A DNA stretch of 64,000 nt from Parcubacteria group bacterium Gr01-1014_8. GTDB lineage: Bacteria > Patescibacteriota > Minisyncoccia > Phycocordibacterales > UBA2100. The notes under the pieces were generated by a model. It made no database searches. It was given only the letters and a program-made list of their open reading frames with translations, and had not been told where the DNA came from. Location of the stretch: contig VMGC01000004.1 of NCBI GenBank assembly GCA_007376385.1, forward strand, positions 32,001-96,000, given 5' to 3'. Shown piece by piece: positions 61,127-64,000 of this stretch (its first letter is position 1; the number at the start of each line of letters is the position of its first letter). The translations under genes were made by a program, and so were the position numbers.

Positions 61127-61903
61127 TCAATATTTTGGCGCGCCAAGAGCTTCGGTTTCGAGAAGAATATCACTAAAAAGCTTCTCCTGCGTTGCGCTAA
61201 TGCTGCCGCTGCGTATTAGTTCCAAGACCGCGAGAAAATGGACTATCATTTCGTGCCTTCCGGATGCCTTGGTTAATTCGCTCCACTTTGTGCGGATAGA
61301 GGATGCCAAACGGCGTCGCAGAGTCCCGATGACCTCTTCGAGTTGGAGAATGGGGACGACAGTCGCTTCTGCCAGGCGTTCGGGTTTTGGAAGAGTATTT
61401 ACCAGTCTTTTTGCGGCGCCGAGCAGCATGGCAAGCGTCGTTTCTCCAGGATTGAAGGCCACCGCACGTCCTCCCGTATGCTCCGGCGTAGGCTGTCGTT
61501 TTGCGAATTGCAGAGGCTTTTTCCTCCATATCTGCCGCAATGACTTTGACGACTTTCGTACCAACGCATACGCGGCAAGTCTCCTTTCCAATTCTCCGAT
61601 GCTTTGCGATTCCTCTTCGGACAAATCGACCGACGGAAGCAATGTTCTGGACTTGATAAGCAGCAGAGTGGATGCAATGAGTATGAACTGCGCGGTCTCC
61701 GCGAGAGGCAATTGCGGCAAACTCTCAACGTATGCGAGGTATGCGTCGGTTACTTCCGCAAGAGAAACTTCGGATATCGAAAGCTTTCTCTCTTCTATCA
61801 AGCTAAGAAGAGCATCAAGCGGTCCAGAATATGTATGTGTAGCTACGGCAAAGGCGCTCATGCCCGCCACTCGAAATGGCATCGCAAGAGAGAACATTGC
61901 CAT
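61127..61903 (-). CDS. scpA: Segregation and condensation protein A
   Basis: N-terminal F.GPLDALLSLIEERK kleisin motif. The start may be the internal ATG. Confidence 0.8.
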   Translation of the reverse strand: MAMFSLAMPFRVAGMSAFAVATHTYSGPLDALLSLIEERKLSISEVSLAEVTDAYLAYVESLPQLPLAETAQFILIASTLLLIKSRTLLPSVDLSEEESQSIGELERRLAAYALVRKSSKSLRQIWRKKPLQFAKRQPTPEHTGGRAVAFNPGETTLAMLLGAAKRLVNTLPKPERLAEATVVPILQLEEVIGTLRRRLASSIRTKWSELTKASGRHEMIVHFLAVLELIRSGSISATQEKLFSDILLETEALGAPKY

Positions 61904-61992
61904 TTATTACGTCCTGCTGATAATTGCTCGATCATATATTTGTTCTGTATTTTATATCTGCTAAATTCCAAATGCCATTTCGCATGCTCGGA

Positions 61993-63387
61993 TTACACTT
62001 TCTTCTTTTTTATCTCAATGCCCAGTTCATTCAGCTGTTTGCCCTGAAGCGGCTTAGGTGCGTTCATAACTGCGGTTTGGCCGCCCCTCGTCATCGGGAA
62101 TGCCTGCACCTCGCGAAGATAGCTCTCCCCCGTCAGGTTCATCAGAACGCGTTCAATGCCGATTGCGATGCCTCCGTGCGGCGGGGCGCCATAGGTAAAG
62201 GCTTTCAACATGTGCCCGATGCTATCTTCGATGCGTTCATCGCTGTAGCCCATTGTCTTATACACAGCACGTAATATGCCTGGTCTATGGGCGCGAATAG
62301 AACCCCCAGCGGTCTCGAAGCCGTTACAAACAAGATCATATTGCGCTGTCAAAATGTGTTCGATATTGCGGCCGTGCAACAGGTCATCCGCATGCTCTGG
62401 AAGCGGCGCAGAAAATGGATTGTGAGTGAACGTCCAACCGCCCTCAGGCGTTTTCTCAAAGAACGGGAATTTGTGGACCCACGCATACGCAAGAACCCCG
62501 GTTTTCTTCTCATCGTCTGTTCGAAGGTCGAATTTATCAGCGCCGAATTTTTCCATTGCTTCAGCATAGGTAAATCGCGGAAATGGTTTTTCACGAACTT
62601 TAAACCCGAGCTTTTCCACCGTCTCAGTCATCATGTCCTCCACGATGGCCATCACATCTTCTTGTTCGACGAATGACATCTCTATATCGATCTGCGAGTG
62701 TTCAAAGCCCCGGTCAGCCCGCAGGTCTTCATCGCGGACGGCGCGCGCAATCTGAAAATATCGCTCCATGCCTGCAACCATCAGAAGCTGCTTGTACTGC
62801 TGTGGGGACTGCGGAAGAGCATAAAATGAGCCTGGATGGAGCCGCGATGGAACGACAAAATCCCTCGAACCTTCCGGTGTTGACTCTGTGAGGAGAGGTG
62901 TTTCAATTTCGGTGAATTTCTTTGCAAATAAATACTCTCTGCACGCTCTGACAAATTCGCTCCGCAATCGAATATTCTTTTGCATTCGTTCACTTCGAAG
63001 ATCTAAATAGCGGTACTGCAATCGAGTTTTCTCATCGACCATTGAGGTATCTTCAGTAATTTCAAATGGCGGCACATCGGATGCACCGAGAACATCGAGT
63101 GATCCAACTGATACTTCTATATCGCCGTTCTCTACCCCGACGGTTATATTTTTTCCAGGTCGTTTGTTAACAGTGCCCATGATGGAGATAGCCGACTCGC
63201 GTGTCGTCGTCTTAGCGACTTCAAGAGCAGGACTTTTGGTCAAGACAACGGTTTGGACCGATCCGGTCATGTCTCGCACGTCAAAAAAGACCATTTTACC
63301 TTGGTCTCTCCGTACTGATATCCAGCCGCGTATGCAAACGCTTTCCCCGACATGATCTTTAAGATCTTTAATGTAGGTACGTTCCAT
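61993..63387 (-). CDS. aspS: Aspartyl-tRNA synthetase (short form without GAD insertion)
   Basis: N-terminal OB fold. Class II motifs YRYLDLR, QSPQQYKQLLM and FRDEDLRADR..FEHSQIDIEMSF. Confidence 0.85.
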   Translation of the reverse strand: MERTYIKDLKDHVGESVCIRGWISVRRDQGKMVFFDVRDMTGSVQTVVLTKSPALEVAKTTTRESAISIMGTVNKRPGKNITVGVENGDIEVSVGSLDVLGASDVPPFEITEDTSMVDEKTRLQYRYLDLRSERMQKNIRLRSEFVRACREYLFAKKFTEIETPLLTESTPEGSRDFVVPSRLHPGSFYALPQSPQQYKQLLMVAGMERYFQIARAVRDEDLRADRGFEHSQIDIEMSFVEQEDVMAIVEDMMTETVEKLGFKVREKPFPRFTYAEAMEKFGADKFDLRTDDEKKTGVLAYAWVHKFPFFEKTPEGGWTFTHNPFSAPLPEHADDLLHGRNIEHILTAQYDLVCNGFETAGGSIRAHRPGILRAVYKTMGYSDERIEDSIGHMLKAFTYGAPPHGGIAIGIERVLMNLTGESYLREVQAFPMTRGGQTAVMNAPKPLQGKQLNELGIEIKKKKV

Positions 63388-63391
63388 AGTG

Positions 63392-64000
63392 CTAGATCGA
63401 AACTCCAATCTTTTCACGAACGTCATACATCTTCTTGGATGCATATTCTCGCGCGTTCGCGCTCCCCTTTTCAAGTATTGTTGCTACATCTGAATCGCTG
63501 ATCGATGCATATTTCTCTCTCATCGGTTTTACAACGGCATCAATGTCCTCGATAAGCGCCTCTTTCAGGACCTTGTATTTTCCTTTATGTGCGCTATAGA
63601 GCGACTCAAGTTCTGCCTCAGCGCGAAAATGCCGGTGTACTTGGTACACATTCTCAGGTCTTTCTCCGGATGAGTCAGTGACAATGGACATCACCGCTTT
63701 TACGAGAACATCCTTTGGCTCAAAGAGAGGTATCGTATTTCCATAGCTCTTGCTCATTTTCTTGCCATCCGTGCCTGGAACGATAGCGACAGAATCCAAT
63801 ATCTTTGCTTGCGGTTCTTTAAATGTTTGGCCGAACGCAATGTTGAATTTCGACGCCGCTTCACGCGCGTACTCGAGATGCTGCCGCTGGTCAGCGCCCA
63901 CTGGTACAACATCGGTATCGTACAGCAAAATATCTGCGGCCATAAGCATCGGATAGTTAAAAAGTCCCACGTTCGCTTCGAGTCCTTTCGCAAGTTTGTC
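63392..64000 (-). CDS. trpS: Tryptophanyl-tRNA synthetase (C-terminal part; N-terminus beyond window edge)
   Basis: KMSKS motif and PVGADQRQHLE. The ORF runs off the right end of the window. Confidence 0.85.
   Translation of the reverse strand, partial: DKLAKGLEANVGLFNYPMLMAADILLYDTDVVPVGADQRQHLEYAREAASKFNIAFGQTFKEPQAKILDSVAIVPGTDGKKMSKSYGNTIPLFEPKDVLVKAVMSIVTDSSGERPENVYQVHRHFRAEAELESLYSAHKGKYKVLKEALIEDIDAVVKPMREKYASISDSDVATILEKGSANAREYASKKMYDVREKIGVSI

Overview
The window is 64 kb of gene-dense bacterial sequence, with roughly 90% coding. Its content (a compact F-type ATP synthase locus with minimal delta and epsilon subunits, seven aminoacyl-tRNA synthetases, mraY/ftsW/murG cell-wall genes, many short proteins, tight gene packing) is consistent with a small-genome, possibly CPR/Patescibacteria-like organism; that taxonomic placement is inference only. 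Recognisable content, from left to right: (1) a large serine recombinase that reads into a tRNA-Glu(CUC) gene, followed by tRNA-Glu-derived fragments and two convergent unknown-function genes, which looks like an integrative-element hot spot; (2) a PfkB kinase, S-adenosylhomocysteine hydrolase and an alpha/beta hydrolase; (3) an F1Fo ATP synthase locus (atpB, then atpEFHAG-x-DC) interrupted by an antisense gene and an inserted unknown ORF; (4) a secreted/Cys-rich gene cluster; (5) an RND pump with its membrane-fusion partner; (6) a split LigD-type ATP-dependent ligase plus primase-polymerase pair; (7) a polyamine biosynthesis cluster (SpeA-like arginine decarboxylase, agmatinase-like ureohydrolase, carboxynorspermidine dehydrogenase and decarboxylase) with embedded uncharacterised genes; (8) leuS carrying an inserted YdeN/RBBP9-like serine-hydrolase domain, and cysS; (9) a CorA-like gene, an S41 protease, rplI/rpmA, an SPFH protein, an M23 peptidase and gltX; (10) murG, ftsW, an archaeal-type PEP carboxylase, mraY, a D-Ala-D-Ala carboxypeptidase, scpBA, aspS and trpS (partial). 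No rRNA genes and no CRISPR array were seen. Noncoding observations: a MITE-like element with 21-bp perfect terminal inverted repeats between ctpA and rplI, a nested-palindrome element upstream of atpB, and an unusual leuS leader with a decoy uORF.
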